Counted from the stretch's first letter, positions 32,498-43,373 are shown. The stretch is DNA of 64,000 bases from Calditrichaceae bacterium (GCA_050173015.1 JBFXLE010000020.1:16721-80720); one strand, 5' to 3'. The notes: generated by a model not told the origin, from the letters alone. A program made the numbers and translations.

Positions 32498-33322
32498 TTA
32501 AATATCAGAAGATAATTTTTTGAATTCCCCGGTTATATTCCGGTTACTATACTGAACAGGACAATCGCATCTTTTCTTAATGAGCTCAATCACCTTAACA
32601 TCATCAGGATAGTACGGCTCAATGAATCCACGGTCATTACTCCAGCTGTTACCGTCGGCAAATGTAATTTTATAGATCACATTTTTGGCAACGGTAACGA
32701 GAGACGAATGTTCAATTTCCTGAGCTTCAACCGTACTGATCTGCTCATAACTGTATTTTTCAGATCCTATCTGAAAAAATTTACTCATTTCGACGGAATC
32801 ATGGTTGAACGCCAGATAGGTGTTTTGTACCAAAAAGATATAAATCAAGCTCAGGGTTGTGGCCAGATAAGCCCCATATCTTAAAATTTTAAGATTATCG
32901 CAGCAGAACCGGTCATTTAAATACATTACAAATTCTTCGTACTGATTTTTCATGACAGATTTCAGGAGAAAAAGTGTGAGATAAATTGCCGTAACCATTG
33001 CCATTAATGACGCCGGTATTCTCAACACGGCTTTTGGGGGGTGAACGATAAACTGACTTGTATCAAATTTGAGCAATGATTGAGAAACATATGTTTCCAG
33101 TAAAATCCGCCAGGGATAGAAGCATACCAGGATGAAAAACACCAGAGAAATAAGGGTGATTCTTTCCCAGAATTTGTATCTCTTTTTGAGGTGATATGAA
33201 ATATTGGGTATATAAACACCTTTTTGGGGTTGGTTACGAACAGGATATAGCTGATGATATGAAAAATGAATCAGCGAAAATGATACTACTATTAAGACCA
33301 GACCTAACAGGAAATAGTTCAT
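32498..33322 (-). CDS. hypothetical membrane protein
   Basis: 274-aa ORF with about four hydrophobic segments. Confidence 0.6.
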   Translation of the reverse strand: MNYFLLGLVLIVVSFSLIHFSYHQLYPVRNQPQKGVYIPNISYHLKKRYKFWERITLISLVFFILVCFYPWRILLETYVSQSLLKFDTSQFIVHPPKAVLRIPASLMAMVTAIYLTLFLLKSVMKNQYEEFVMYLNDRFCCDNLKILRYGAYLATTLSLIYIFLVQNTYLAFNHDSVEMSKFFQIGSEKYSYEQISTVEAQEIEHSSLVTVAKNVIYKITFADGNSWSNDRGFIEPYYPDDVKVIELIKKRCDCPVQYSNRNITGEFKKLSSDI

Positions 33323-33439
33323 CTGTTAATCTCTTCACTAGTTTATTTCTTACTATATATCATTATCGACATTCTGTGAAATAACTTATATAAAAAAAAT
33401 ATTATTCTCCGGTTGATGAAATTTCGACAGCGTAAAAAT

Positions 33440-33477
33440 AAAAAAAATCCCTGCCGTTAATAATAAACAGCAGGGAT
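33440..33477 (-). terminator. Rho-independent terminator after lgt
   Basis: Minus strand ATCCCTGCTG...CGGCAGGGAT followed by T run. Confidence 0.6.
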
Positions 33478-33492
33478 ATATGACAATATCAC

Positions 33493-34293
33493 TTACGCGC
33501 CAGGTTTCCTATCCCCCGGCACTAATTTTTTCCCGGCCCGGATAAGAAGATAAATTCCAAGTATAATAAGCGGAATACTCAGCAGCTGTCCCATATTGAG
33601 AAGCATTCCCTGTTCAAATGCCGACTGGTCTTCCTTTAAAAATTCAATAAAAAACCTGAACCCGAATATAAATATCAGAAACCACCCAAGGAGAGAACCC
33701 GATGCTGTTTTTTCCTTTTTTGCCTGATATAGCTTATAAAGAAAAACAAAAATAAGCAGATAAGCCAGCGCTTCATAAATTTGCGCCGGATGCCTCGGGA
33801 TCATATCTACTTTTACAAATATGAATGACCAGGGCAGATCGGTTGGCCTGCCGATGATTTCAGAATTAAATAAATTGCCCGTACGGATAAAGAATCCGGC
33901 CAACGCTACCGTTATGACTACGCGGTCAACGATCCACAGATAGGAATAAGCCGGTTTTTTTTTAATAAATAAAAAAAGCGCGGTTAAAATTCCGATAGCG
34001 GCTCCGTGACTGGCAAGGCCGCCTTTCCAGACTTTTAATATTTCAATTGGATTGCTCAGATAATAACCCGGATCATAAAATAAGCAGTGACCGAGCCTCG
34101 CTCCGATGATGGTACCGAAAAGCATGTACATCAATAATTCATCAAGATCGGCAATCGGTTTTTTCTCCTGATCGAAAATCCTTTTCATGATGTACAGGCC
34201 CACTACAAAGGAAGCCATGAATAATAAACTGTACCAGCGAATGGCGAAAATACCAATCCTGAAAATTTCAGGATCCACATCCCATCTGACCAT
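33493..34293 (-). CDS. lgt: prolipoprotein diacylglyceryl transferase
   Basis: IRWYS; GARLGH; GGLASHG; RTGNLFNSEIIG; RHPAQIYE; MGQLLSIP. Confidence 0.95.
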   Translation of the reverse strand: MVRWDVDPEIFRIGIFAIRWYSLLFMASFVVGLYIMKRIFDQEKKPIADLDELLMYMLFGTIIGARLGHCLFYDPGYYLSNPIEILKVWKGGLASHGAAIGILTALFLFIKKKPAYSYLWIVDRVVITVALAGFFIRTGNLFNSEIIGRPTDLPWSFIFVKVDMIPRHPAQIYEALAYLLIFVFLYKLYQAKKEKTASGSLLGWFLIFIFGFRFFIEFLKEDQSAFEQGMLLNMGQLLSIPLIILGIYLLIRAGKKLVPGDRKPGA

Positions 34294-34325
34294 GATGATC
34301 CTTTCAAACAAAAATAATTAGAAAA

Positions 34326-36494
34326 TTAAATTCCGGTTCCAATCCCCATTTCATCCAGAAGATGTTGAGCCCCGGCAAATTTTTGAGTTATCCACAATAC
34401 ATACCTGATATCCACACCAATGGAACGGCTGTAGGACTCACTCCAGGCGAAGTCATTGATCGTCGCTTCAAAAGTACGGTCAAAGTTGATCCCGACCATT
34501 TCTCCGTTTGTGTTCAGAATCGGGCTGCCTGAATTGCCGCCGGTGGTGTCCATGTTGTATAAAATCGCTACCGGCACATTATTAAGAGCCTTGTGTTTAA
34601 ATTGTCCAAAATCGCGTTTTCTGTGAAGCTCTACAATTTTTTGGGGAATATCAAAAGGTTCTTCTCCCGTGTTTTTTTCAATAACACCCGTCAATGATGT
34701 AATCGGGCTATTGTAAACGGCGTCCGCGGGTGAGTATCCCCGAATTCTTCCATAGGTGAGGCGCAAAGTGCTGTTCGCGTCCGGTATAAATTCCTGATCA
34801 AAATATAATTTTCGCGCTTCTGTCAGTTTCGCGGAAAGCTCTCTTATGGCACCTGCGCGATTTCGGTTTATTTCTTTGAGCTCATCATGTTCCGGCTGAA
34901 GATCCACTACCAATTTAATAAAGGGATCACTCGATTTTTTGAGTTCGCCTTCTGTTTGGGTGAAAAGTTTTTCCAGATATTTTCTGTTATTCAGTTCAGA
35001 TTTTTTGTAAGCCGAATTGATAAACTTATCAATGGATTTCTCCGGGTTTTTTGATCCCGTGATCCTTTTTAGGCCTTTGATTTGCTGGTCTCCCGGCAGA
35101 GCAGCCGCCTTTAGAAGCATTTCTTTTAAGACGGACTTATCGGTGAGTTCATAATAATCGGCGGATGCCTGTAAGATTCTGGCTTTCGTTCGGTCAAAAT
35201 TTCGGTCCATATAAGCTGATTCACGTTCAACATCCGGTTTTTCCCGCTCGACGGCTGACTGATAAACGGTGTTGGCGAAATTCATCATGTTGACGTTTCT
35301 AACCAGATAATAAAGAATCATTTCTCTGTCAGCCGTTTCCCTTTTCTCATTATAAACTTTGCCGATATCCTGTAATACGGTCCCGAATTTTTCTTTACGG
35401 CCGGCATCCGCATTGATAAATTCCTGAAGATGTTTTTCTTCTTCCCGTTTTTTGTCCACAAGGCTGAGCCGATTCATCCCCTGGAGCTTTCCCCGGTAAT
35501 TTTTTTCAGTATTGGCGAGGCCTTTGATACGGGCAAGGTGTTTTAAGGCAACGGCCCGGTCATTTTTGCCGATTTCTTTCATGAGACTTATTTGCCACTG
35601 ATACCAGTCAACCACGAAAGGCATGCGAACTGCCTGTTCATAAGCCAGGAAATGCGAACTGCGGTGCCGGTATGTGCGTCCGGGATATCCGAGAATAAAA
35701 ACAAAATCTTCTTCATCTACGCCATCGGCGGATGCCTGAAGATACTTTTTAGGGGTATAGGGAATGTTGTTTTCCGAATAATCAGCCGGAGAACCATCCG
35801 GCGCCACATACGCTCTCATATATGAAAAATCCGCGTTGTGCCGGGGCCATTCCCAATTGTCGATATCCCCGCCGAACTCTCCTATGGAGCGTGGAGGGAT
35901 GTAAACCATACGCACATCTTTCACATAAGTATAAACGAACAGGATATAGGTTTTGCCGATAAACATTTCAGAAACTTCCGCCCGTTTCCCGGGATATTCA
36001 GCTTCGGTTTCCGCAACAATTTCCTTCATTCTTTTTTCTACGGCTTTTGTTTTTTCGGCCAGTTCCATTTCCCCGGTAACGACACTCAGCACCTCATCAG
36101 AAACATCCTTATACCAATCGGTAATTCGGACCGTATAACCCTTGGCCGGGAGTTCTTTTGATCGATCTTCGGCTAAAAACCCGTTTTTTATATAATCATT
36201 GTCCTTAGTGCTGGCAGCCTGCGCGGCGCGATAAGCGCAATGATGGTTTGTAAGAATCAATCCTTCCGGAGAGACGAATGAACCTGTACAGCCGCTTATA
36301 TTGACAACAGCGTCAATGAGGCTCACTCCATTCTCATTATAAATTTCCAAAGGATCGATGGTCAACCCTTTTTTGTTCAAATCCAGGCTTTGTATCTCGC
36401 TCAACGGCAACATTCCTTCATCGGGAGATGCCGAATATGCAAAATTGACCGTTAAAATGATAGAAATCAAAAAAGGAAAAATCCGATATGTCAT
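34326..36494 (-). CDS. S46-family dipeptidyl peptidase
   Basis: DEGM; GCTGSFVSPEGLILTNHHC; NWEWPRH; TTGGNSGSP. Confidence 0.95.
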   Translation of the reverse strand: MTYRIFPFLISIILTVNFAYSASPDEGMLPLSEIQSLDLNKKGLTIDPLEIYNENGVSLIDAVVNISGCTGSFVSPEGLILTNHHCAYRAAQAASTKDNDYIKNGFLAEDRSKELPAKGYTVRITDWYKDVSDEVLSVVTGEMELAEKTKAVEKRMKEIVAETEAEYPGKRAEVSEMFIGKTYILFVYTYVKDVRMVYIPPRSIGEFGGDIDNWEWPRHNADFSYMRAYVAPDGSPADYSENNIPYTPKKYLQASADGVDEEDFVFILGYPGRTYRHRSSHFLAYEQAVRMPFVVDWYQWQISLMKEIGKNDRAVALKHLARIKGLANTEKNYRGKLQGMNRLSLVDKKREEEKHLQEFINADAGRKEKFGTVLQDIGKVYNEKRETADREMILYYLVRNVNMMNFANTVYQSAVEREKPDVERESAYMDRNFDRTKARILQASADYYELTDKSVLKEMLLKAAALPGDQQIKGLKRITGSKNPEKSIDKFINSAYKKSELNNRKYLEKLFTQTEGELKKSSDPFIKLVVDLQPEHDELKEINRNRAGAIRELSAKLTEARKLYFDQEFIPDANSTLRLTYGRIRGYSPADAVYNSPITSLTGVIEKNTGEEPFDIPQKIVELHRKRDFGQFKHKALNNVPVAILYNMDTTGGNSGSPILNTNGEMVGINFDRTFEATINDFAWSESYSRSIGVDIRYVLWITQKFAGAQHLLDEMGIGTGI

Positions 36495-36707
36495 CTTAAA
36501 TTCCCCTATGTAAATGCTCAAAAATTCTACGGATATATTTCTGTCAATCAAAATCTAAATTAATGCAAAAGCATCGAGCATTCAAATCATTCTGGCTGAT
36601 CTAATTTTATAAATAAATCTTGTTACTCATTTCATCTCTCATTAGTTTACTTATTAATATTGAATAATAGAAAATCAAATTCATATAATTCTAAAAGGGG
36701 GTTGAAA

Positions 36708-37211
36708 ATGTTAAGTAAAAGTATGTTAACGATACTAAATGAACAGATTAAAAATGAATTGTATTCTGAATATTTCTACTTATCCATGTCCACGTATTGT
36801 GAATCGATTGATTTTCCGGGCATGGCAAACTTCATGCAGGTCAAGAGCCAGGAAGAACGCTCTCACGGGATGAAGATTTATGATTATATTCATGACAGAG
36901 ACGGACGCGTGACCTTGTTGGCCATTCCTCAGCCGCCGTCAATATTTAAATCGATTATAGATATGTTCACCCAGGTTTTGAAACACGAAGAGGAAATAAC
37001 CAAATCGATTTATAATATTTATGAGCTGGCGACCAAGGAAAATGATTATGCCACGCAGGTTGAAATGCAGTGGTTTATCAAAGAGCAGGTAGAAGAAGAA
37101 AAACAGGCCAGAGATATCATACAACAGCTTAAACTTATCGGTGATAACGAGTCGGCGCTATATATGTTTGACAAAGAAATGGGCGCGACAAAATTTGTTC
37201 CTGAGGTCTAA
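36708..37211 (+). CDS. ftnA: non-heme ferritin
   Basis: LNEQIKNELYS...EERSH...HEE...WFIKEQVEEE ferroxidase residues. Confidence 0.9.
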   Translation: MLSKSMLTILNEQIKNELYSEYFYLSMSTYCESIDFPGMANFMQVKSQEERSHGMKIYDYIHDRDGRVTLLAIPQPPSIFKSIIDMFTQVLKHEEEITKSIYNIYELATKENDYATQVEMQWFIKEQVEEEKQARDIIQQLKLIGDNESALYMFDKEMGATKFVPEV

Positions 37212-37657
37212 TGAGTTCTAATCCGGAATATAGTGATGGCGACTTCCTGATCAGCGCGGACAAATCGAAACTGAATCTTAAAGTAATTCATGGCTTCCTG
37301 AGCAGGTCGTATTGGGCAGAAGGAATCACGCGGGATCTGGTACAAAAATCAATGGATCATTCATTTTGTTTCGGTGTTTATCATAAAAACGAGCAGATTG
37401 GTTTCGCGAGAATTATAAGTGATTTCACTACGTTTGCCTATCTTGCCGATGTGTTTATTCTGGAAGATTTTCGCGGGAAAGGCCTTTCAAAACAGCTGAT
37501 GGATTTCATACTGAGTCACCCGGATTTACAAAGGCTGAGAAAGTGGCTGCTCGCCACCCGTGACGCCCATGGATTGTATGAAAAGTATGGTTTCCGGGAG
37601 CTGAAAAATCCCGGCTATATGATGGAGCTTCATAATCCGGATTACTTAAAGAAATAA
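37211..37657 (+). CDS. GNAT N-acetyltransferase
   Basis: SYWA; QIGFARIISD; RGKGLSK; ATRDAHGLYEKYGF. Confidence 0.9.
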   Translation: MSSNPEYSDGDFLISADKSKLNLKVIHGFLSRSYWAEGITRDLVQKSMDHSFCFGVYHKNEQIGFARIISDFTTFAYLADVFILEDFRGKGLSKQLMDFILSHPDLQRLRKWLLATRDAHGLYEKYGFRELKNPGYMMELHNPDYLKK

Positions 37658-37697
37658 TTCTAAACGATTTAACAAAACCGGTTAATAATGAAATTTT

Positions 37698-37732
37698 AGG
37701 GATTCCGTTATCAAAAGCGGAGTCCTTTTTTT
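37698..37732 (+). terminator. Rho-independent terminator
   Basis: AGGGATTCCG...CGGAGTCCT followed by T run, between convergent genes. Confidence 0.55.
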
Positions 37733-38471
37733 ATTTATGCTGAACGGGAGCCATCCGTATAATTTTTAACCAATACATTGCTTTGATAAACGGATAGGTC
37801 GGATCAAATTCAAAGAAACGAACGCCAAAATTTAAGCGTGATGGATATTTATGATGGTTGTTCTGAAATAATTCTCCCATGGTCAGAAAATCAAATGGCA
37901 GCGTGTTTTTAGAATGATCCTTAATGTCCTTAAAATTCCTGTATCCGTATTTATGTCCGCACCAGTTGACGATGGCTCCATGAATCGGCCCCATCAGGAA
38001 ATGAACCGGAAGCAGAAAAAAGAGCCACCAGTAGGGGGCAAAAAAAACGTAAATCAGAATATATACCACCGCGAAAGATATTCTTGTCACCATGTGATCC
38101 GCTAATTTCTCGAATTTATGCCATTCGGGAGTGTTCTGTTCAAAACGGTCGCCCGGTTTCATTTTGCTGGTAAGAAGATCATAATAAATTGTCTTTGTCC
38201 GCCACATCATGCCGAATACACTGCGAAAGAAATGCGGCGAATGAGGATCCCGTTCGGTATCGCTGTAAGCATGGTGCATACGATGCATAACCGCGTACGC
38301 TTTCGCGTTTAAATAGGAAGTGCCCTGGGTTATAAACGTCATTATAAAAAAGAACCGTTCCCAGAATTTCGACATGGAGAACATTTGATGAGCCGAATAG
38401 CGGTGCAGAAAAAATGTCTGCATAAACAATGATGAAAACCAGTGGCCGGCAAAAAATACAGCTATAATCAT
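37731..38471 (-). CDS. acyl-CoA (delta-9) desaturase
   Basis: His boxes HRYSAH, HRMHH, NNHH; DPHSP. Confidence 0.9.
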   Translation of the reverse strand: MIIAVFFAGHWFSSLFMQTFFLHRYSAHQMFSMSKFWERFFFIMTFITQGTSYLNAKAYAVMHRMHHAYSDTERDPHSPHFFRSVFGMMWRTKTIYYDLLTSKMKPGDRFEQNTPEWHKFEKLADHMVTRISFAVVYILIYVFFAPYWWLFFLLPVHFLMGPIHGAIVNWCGHKYGYRNFKDIKDHSKNTLPFDFLTMGELFQNNHHKYPSRLNFGVRFFEFDPTYPFIKAMYWLKIIRMAPVQHK

Positions 38472-38592
38472 AAAATTTATTTACAAACCTGTTTTGATAC
38501 AGTGATTGAAGGACGCCTTTCATCGTCCGGGAAAATAATGATTTCCTTGCCTTAATAAAACAGAGTTCCGGAGGAAATTAATTCCGATGATT

Positions 38593-39489
38593 TTAGCCGG
38601 AGATTTTTTCCTGTTCGGGTGGTGGCGCCGGGGTGCTGATATCCAGGACTGTCTTCCACACGCCTAAGCGGTCTCTCCTCCAGATTCTCAGATAATAGCC
38701 GAAAGAATTCTCATCCGAACCACTGGTTTGAAAATGGCCGTAACTATAACCAAGGTCTCCACCGGATGAGGTCTCAATTTTATGATTGGTATAAACTGCC
38801 GGGGTATTTTCATCGCCGAATTTTTCCGGAATGATTTCGCTGCCGATGACCGGGTTGTAACCGTTTCTAAGAAATATAATGTCACTGTCATAAAAAGATT
38901 CCATGGCCATGCAGAGATCGTTGACCGACATATAAGCGGAATATTCATCATCGGCTTTTTTAAGTCTGTTCAGGCTTTTGGCGTCCATACTCACATGAGC
39001 TGTTTTCTCTGTCTCCCCAAGCCGCCAGTCCGCTGCCCTGGATTCCGGCTTTGGATGGTACGTTCCCATATCGAAAATAAATTTCCATGTTCCGTCACCT
39101 TGTTTTTTCCAGATGGTCACATACTGACCGTATGCCGCAGGAACGCTGTCGTCTCTTGAACTGCTGTATTCCCAGGGGCCAGTGGTGTAACCTAAATCCG
39201 CCGACAATGATATGCCCGCGTTCACGGGTCTCCATTTCAGGAGCCCCTTCGACGATCTGTGTTCCTGAATCCATGTTTTTCCGTTTACCGGATGCGGTCG
39301 GAATATGACCGATTCATCCGCGATAAAATCAAGAAACGCTTCATCAGTGCCTATTTCTTCCGAGATGGCGGCAAATTTTTGCTCTGTGGCAACAAGATTT
39401 GATAATTCCGAAGAAAGATCCGGTTTGGGACTGCAGCCTCCGAGAGTGTACAGACCGATGGCGACGAGAAGAAAAGTATATTCTTTCAT
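38593..39489 (-). CDS. lipoprotein with tandem DUF4440/NTF2-like domains
   Basis: Lipobox LGGC; two repeats of DLGY..G...Y..IW. Confidence 0.75.
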   Translation of the reverse strand: MKEYTFLLVAIGLYTLGGCSPKPDLSSELSNLVATEQKFAAISEEIGTDEAFLDFIADESVIFRPHPVNGKTWIQEHRSSKGLLKWRPVNAGISLSADLGYTTGPWEYSSSRDDSVPAAYGQYVTIWKKQGDGTWKFIFDMGTYHPKPESRAADWRLGETEKTAHVSMDAKSLNRLKKADDEYSAYMSVNDLCMAMESFYDSDIIFLRNGYNPVIGSEIIPEKFGDENTPAVYTNHKIETSSGGDLGYSYGHFQTSGSDENSFGYYLRIWRRDRLGVWKTVLDISTPAPPPEQEKISG

Positions 39490-39558
39490 AGTATCCCCCT
39501 GTGATAAATGGATTACCGCGGCGCATGTCACGGTAATGGCAAAAAATTGAAAAGAAAC

Positions 39559-41007
39559 TTATCCGGCCCTGCGCTTATCGTCCAGTTTAATTTTTTGTTT
39601 TACTTCAATGGAGATATCCATCCCGCTTTCCTGGCTCATAAGATCCGTGATTTTAAGATACATTTTGTTGTTTTTGCGCCAGTTCCGGTTGAGATGACGC
39701 GCGTAACGGGCGATTCCGATTTCCAGTAAATCTCCGCGTAAAAATTTTTTTAACGATTCCCACACGGAATAAAATTTCCTGTGACTGATCATCTGGGCTT
39801 TCTGGAGAGCTTTCTGAGTAAATTTGAGCGGCTTAAATACAACATGATGCGTATCATACAAGGACCAGTCAAAAAACTGAATACGTTTTTCAGAATTCAT
39901 TTTATTAAATAATTCGGATCCGGGAAGCGGGGTCAAAATAAGAAACTGCGATGAAGAAAGTTTTGATTTCTTGGCGAATCGTACCGTTTTTTTGACCGTC
40001 CTCCAGTCATCCTGATCAAATCCGTAAACAAACATTCCGTGCACATGAATATTCTGTTTTCTCAGGATTTTTATCGCGCTTTGGGTATCTTCCACGGTCT
40101 GATGTTTTTTCATGGCGTCAAGGCTTTGCTGATTGACGGATTCAAGACCGACAAACAGGGTGTGACACCCGGCTTTTTTCATGAGACGGATGAGTTCCGG
40201 GTCTTTCGCGACATCAACGCGCACCTGAGTGGACCATTTGAATTTAAACTTCTCGTTGATCATCGCTCTCAAAAGTTCTTTTGTTCTCTTGGGATTGGCG
40301 GCGAAATTGTCATCATAAAAAAAGATAAAGTTTTTTGGATCATTGTACTGTCTCAGTTCCGCCATAATGTTATCGGTGGAACGAAACCGGTATTTTTTTC
40401 CGAACATGCCGGTGACCGAACAAAATGAACAATCAAAAGGGCAGCCCCTTGAAGTCTGTACCGGAATAATTCTCTGACCGGCCACACGATGATCATAATC
40501 TTTCATAAGAGATAAATCCGGAAAGGGCAGTTTATCCAGATCATTGATATAAGGCTGCAGCATATTATGAACATATTTCCCGTCGCGCTGATAGGATAAA
40601 TTGGAAACACCGGAGAAATTACCGTCACTTTCAAAGGCTTCGGCAAACTCCATTAACGCGTGTTCACCTTCGCCGCGAATCACATAATCGGCATGGCGCA
40701 GCGCTTCGTCGGTAAGCCAGGTGACATGCGGCCCGCCCATAATTACGGGAATTCCCATCTCACGAACACGGTCGGCGATGGCGTAGGCGCGGGGAGCGGT
40801 GGATGTGATGGTTGAAATGCCTATTAAATCGGCGGTTTTGATGTCTTCATAATCGATGTCCTGCAATTCTTCGACAATAATTTCGACTTGCCATCCCCTT
40901 TTTTTCATTAAAGTACCGAGAATAAAACTTCCAAGACGCGGCAGGGCAAATTTCGAAAAAATATGCAGATTGGCCGATTTTGGTTCAATGAATATCATCT
41001 TATACAT
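39559..41007 (-). CDS. cobalamin-binding radical SAM protein
   Basis: GGPHVT B12-binding motif; TSRGCPFDCSFC; FYDDNF; GLES. Confidence 0.92.
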   Translation of the reverse strand: MYKMIFIEPKSANLHIFSKFALPRLGSFILGTLMKKRGWQVEIIVEELQDIDYEDIKTADLIGISTITSTAPRAYAIADRVREMGIPVIMGGPHVTWLTDEALRHADYVIRGEGEHALMEFAEAFESDGNFSGVSNLSYQRDGKYVHNMLQPYINDLDKLPFPDLSLMKDYDHRVAGQRIIPVQTSRGCPFDCSFCSVTGMFGKKYRFRSTDNIMAELRQYNDPKNFIFFYDDNFAANPKRTKELLRAMINEKFKFKWSTQVRVDVAKDPELIRLMKKAGCHTLFVGLESVNQQSLDAMKKHQTVEDTQSAIKILRKQNIHVHGMFVYGFDQDDWRTVKKTVRFAKKSKLSSSQFLILTPLPGSELFNKMNSEKRIQFFDWSLYDTHHVVFKPLKFTQKALQKAQMISHRKFYSVWESLKKFLRGDLLEIGIARYARHLNRNWRKNNKMYLKITDLMSQESGMDISIEVKQKIKLDDKRRAG

Positions 41008-41010
41008 GAT

Positions 41011-41721
41011 TTACCCCTGCTTGATTTCAAGCTTTTTTTGATTTTGACCGATTAAATGAGAGATCTCTTTCTTTTTCTTTTTCATCAGATCCTCCCAGCG
41101 GCGGATACCCTCTTTCAGCAGATTTATTTTATCATTAAGCGTTTCAATTTCACGCGTCATTGAGTCAAGCCGGCGGTGAGTTTCTTCAGGGGCGTAGAGG
41201 CCGGGATCGTTTCTGATGGCCTGAAAATCCCGGAAATAATCGGAGATGACTTTGATCTCTTCAAGCGTATAACCGAAAAGCTGAAGATCCTTAATCAGAT
41301 TACATAAAAACACATAGGATTCAGAATATAACCGGAATCCTCCCTCGCTCCGCATGTCCGGTTCGACGATTCCCTTATCCTCCCAATGCTTAAGAGTGCG
41401 GGCACTGACTCCGACCCGTTCAGCAAGATTCCCGACCGTCAGATACTGGCTTAATTCAGTCGGATCGTTTTTTCGGTCGTTGCTCTTCGGCAGACCGATT
41501 TTTTTTATAATTTTTTGTATTTCATCGATTTTATATCCTAAGTCCAGCAGTTTTTGTATCTGGTTTACCCTCTCAATGGTGCCCTCCGAGTAAAATGGAA
41601 GCTGGTCATCGGTGTAGCCCGAAGGCTTGATGAGTTTCAGGTTCTCCCATTCCTGAAGCGCCTTTTTGCTGACTTTCAATTTCGAAATAAACTCATCCTG
41701 CACAAATATTTTTTTCTTCAT
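41011..41721 (-). CDS. MerR-family regulator with two HTH domains
   Basis: VSKKALQEWENLKLI and VSARTLKHWEDKGIV..RSEGGFRLY; start MKKKIF. Confidence 0.88.
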   Translation of the reverse strand: MKKKIFVQDEFISKLKVSKKALQEWENLKLIKPSGYTDDQLPFYSEGTIERVNQIQKLLDLGYKIDEIQKIIKKIGLPKSNDRKNDPTELSQYLTVGNLAERVGVSARTLKHWEDKGIVEPDMRSEGGFRLYSESYVFLCNLIKDLQLFGYTLEEIKVISDYFRDFQAIRNDPGLYAPEETHRRLDSMTREIETLNDKINLLKEGIRRWEDLMKKKKKEISHLIGQNQKKLEIKQG

Positions 41722-41747
41722 AGTGTACCTTTGCGTATCCGTGTGAG

Positions 41748-41799
41748 TAACGTGTACGTTAACGTATAGGAAGATATGCATAAAGACAATTGTTGTCAA
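41748..41799 (-). promoter_or_regulatory. promoter with LiuR-like palindromic operator
   Basis: Minus-strand TTGACA-N17-TATCTT (41799-41771) followed by perfect palindrome TACGTTAACGTA (41755-41766) and a third ACGT half-site. Confidence 0.65.
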
Positions 41800-41931
41800 T
41801 GAAAATTATTCAAATATTTATCAGATCAATTGATATAGAGTTTTAAAATGAGTTTGAACGCATCAATCAGGACAATAAGAAGAAGGGTGGAGTAAAAGTG
41901 GCAGAAACGAAAAAAATCCCCCGATTTAATT

Positions 41932-42429
41932 TTATTTCTTTGGCGGAGCCCAGGTTTTCAGAAATTCGTAAACCTTTTCACGGTCGTGGTGATCACCGGA
42001 TTCCAGCGCGCCTGTATCCTGAGAATAAAGAAACGCGCCGTCTGTGTCAAGAACAAAAAAATGCGGATATCCCGGTATGGGAGGATATTTGGAAAGGATT
42101 TCCTCATTCTTGTTCTCTTTACTATAATTTATTTTTAAAACAACATAATTTTCATGCATAAAACGCTTAATATCCGCGTTATCATCAAAAAAACGGTCGA
42201 GCAGATGGCACCAGCTGCACCATTCTCCGCCGACATCAAGCAGAACGCGTCTCCCGGAATTTCGCGCTTCCGCTATAGCCGCCTGAATATCTTTTGCCGC
42301 GTCACGCGCGGGATCAAATTTGGTTACGGAAATATACCCGCTTTGGCCGGTCTCGCCTTTTTTTGCGCAGCTTCCCATCATAAAAACAGATACAGTCAAC
42401 AAGAAAACAATGGCAACCTTGGTCATCAT
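41932..42429 (-). CDS. thioredoxin-family lipoprotein
   Basis: Lipobox MGSC; GGEWCSWC; GYPHF. Confidence 0.88.
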   Translation of the reverse strand: MMTKVAIVFLLTVSVFMMGSCAKKGETGQSGYISVTKFDPARDAAKDIQAAIAEARNSGRRVLLDVGGEWCSWCHLLDRFFDDNADIKRFMHENYVVLKINYSKENKNEEILSKYPPIPGYPHFFVLDTDGAFLYSQDTGALESGDHHDREKVYEFLKTWAPPKK

Positions 42430-42452
42430 TACTCCAAAAAAAACTTTACGAC

Positions 42453-43373
42453 TTACCAGGGAATTGTCAGGTTAAATTGCTTCAATTTTTCTTCTAATTC
42501 TGACCGTTCCCGGTTTCTTTTTAATTTGCCCTCTTCATAGTTTAAAAAACCGAATGATTCCGCGATCGATCTTGCTTTCTCCTGATTCCCCTGAATCAGT
42601 TCCCGTAAAATTTCATGCTCCTGCCGGGTGAATTTGAAACCGCTGAAACGGTAATCCATGAACGCTTCCCAGGCCATCGGGCACCATTTGCTGACGATTT
42701 CATGCCCGATAATCTTTGCGTATTCACGGATTTCATACTGCGCGTGTTCATCCATCCGGAGGGCCAGAAAATGAAACAGATTATGCAGATCGATTTTCCA
42801 ATAGGCTTCGGTATAGGTCGCCAGCGGAAGATCTTTGCGCGCCTGTTCTCTGGCGATGCCTGCCTTAATGCGGTTTTCATATATTTCACGGGTATTTTGA
42901 TGCAGCTCTTTTTCCTGATCCGTGAAGAATTTTCCCTGTCCGGCATCCATAAATCCGTGACTGCCCTGTTTATTCTGAGCCGCCTGAAGACGCCACTGAT
43001 CGGGCAGGGTTTCCTGCGCGGCATCGATAGCGACGGAGTAGCGGGTGGAATATTCATTGACATTAGCCGTGCGGTGCCGGATCCATTGACGCCAGGCGTC
43101 CATGGGAACGCGAACATGTAGTTTGAGTTCACACATTTCAAACGGTGTGGAATGCTGATGACGCATCAGATAGCGGATAAGGCCCCGGTCCTCGCTGACT
43201 TTTTTGGTGCCCTTTCCATACGAAACTCTTGCCGCCTGAACAATCGACTCATCCGATCCCATGTAATCGACCACACGAATAAATCCGTCATCCAGCACGT
43301 TAAATTTTTTCCCGAGAACGGCGTCGAGCGACTCGACAACGGGACGTTTTAAATGGTCTGCTTTTTCCTGCAT
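42453..43373 (-). CDS. thyX: flavin-dependent thymidylate synthase
   Basis: AARVSYG; RHRTANVNEYSTRY (RHRx7SxR); HAQYEIR. Confidence 0.96.
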   Translation of the reverse strand: MQEKADHLKRPVVESLDAVLGKKFNVLDDGFIRVVDYMGSDESIVQAARVSYGKGTKKVSEDRGLIRYLMRHQHSTPFEMCELKLHVRVPMDAWRQWIRHRTANVNEYSTRYSVAIDAAQETLPDQWRLQAAQNKQGSHGFMDAGQGKFFTDQEKELHQNTREIYENRIKAGIAREQARKDLPLATYTEAYWKIDLHNLFHFLALRMDEHAQYEIREYAKIIGHEIVSKWCPMAWEAFMDYRFSGFKFTRQEHEILRELIQGNQEKARSIAESFGFLNYEEGKLKRNRERSELEEKLKQFNLTIPW

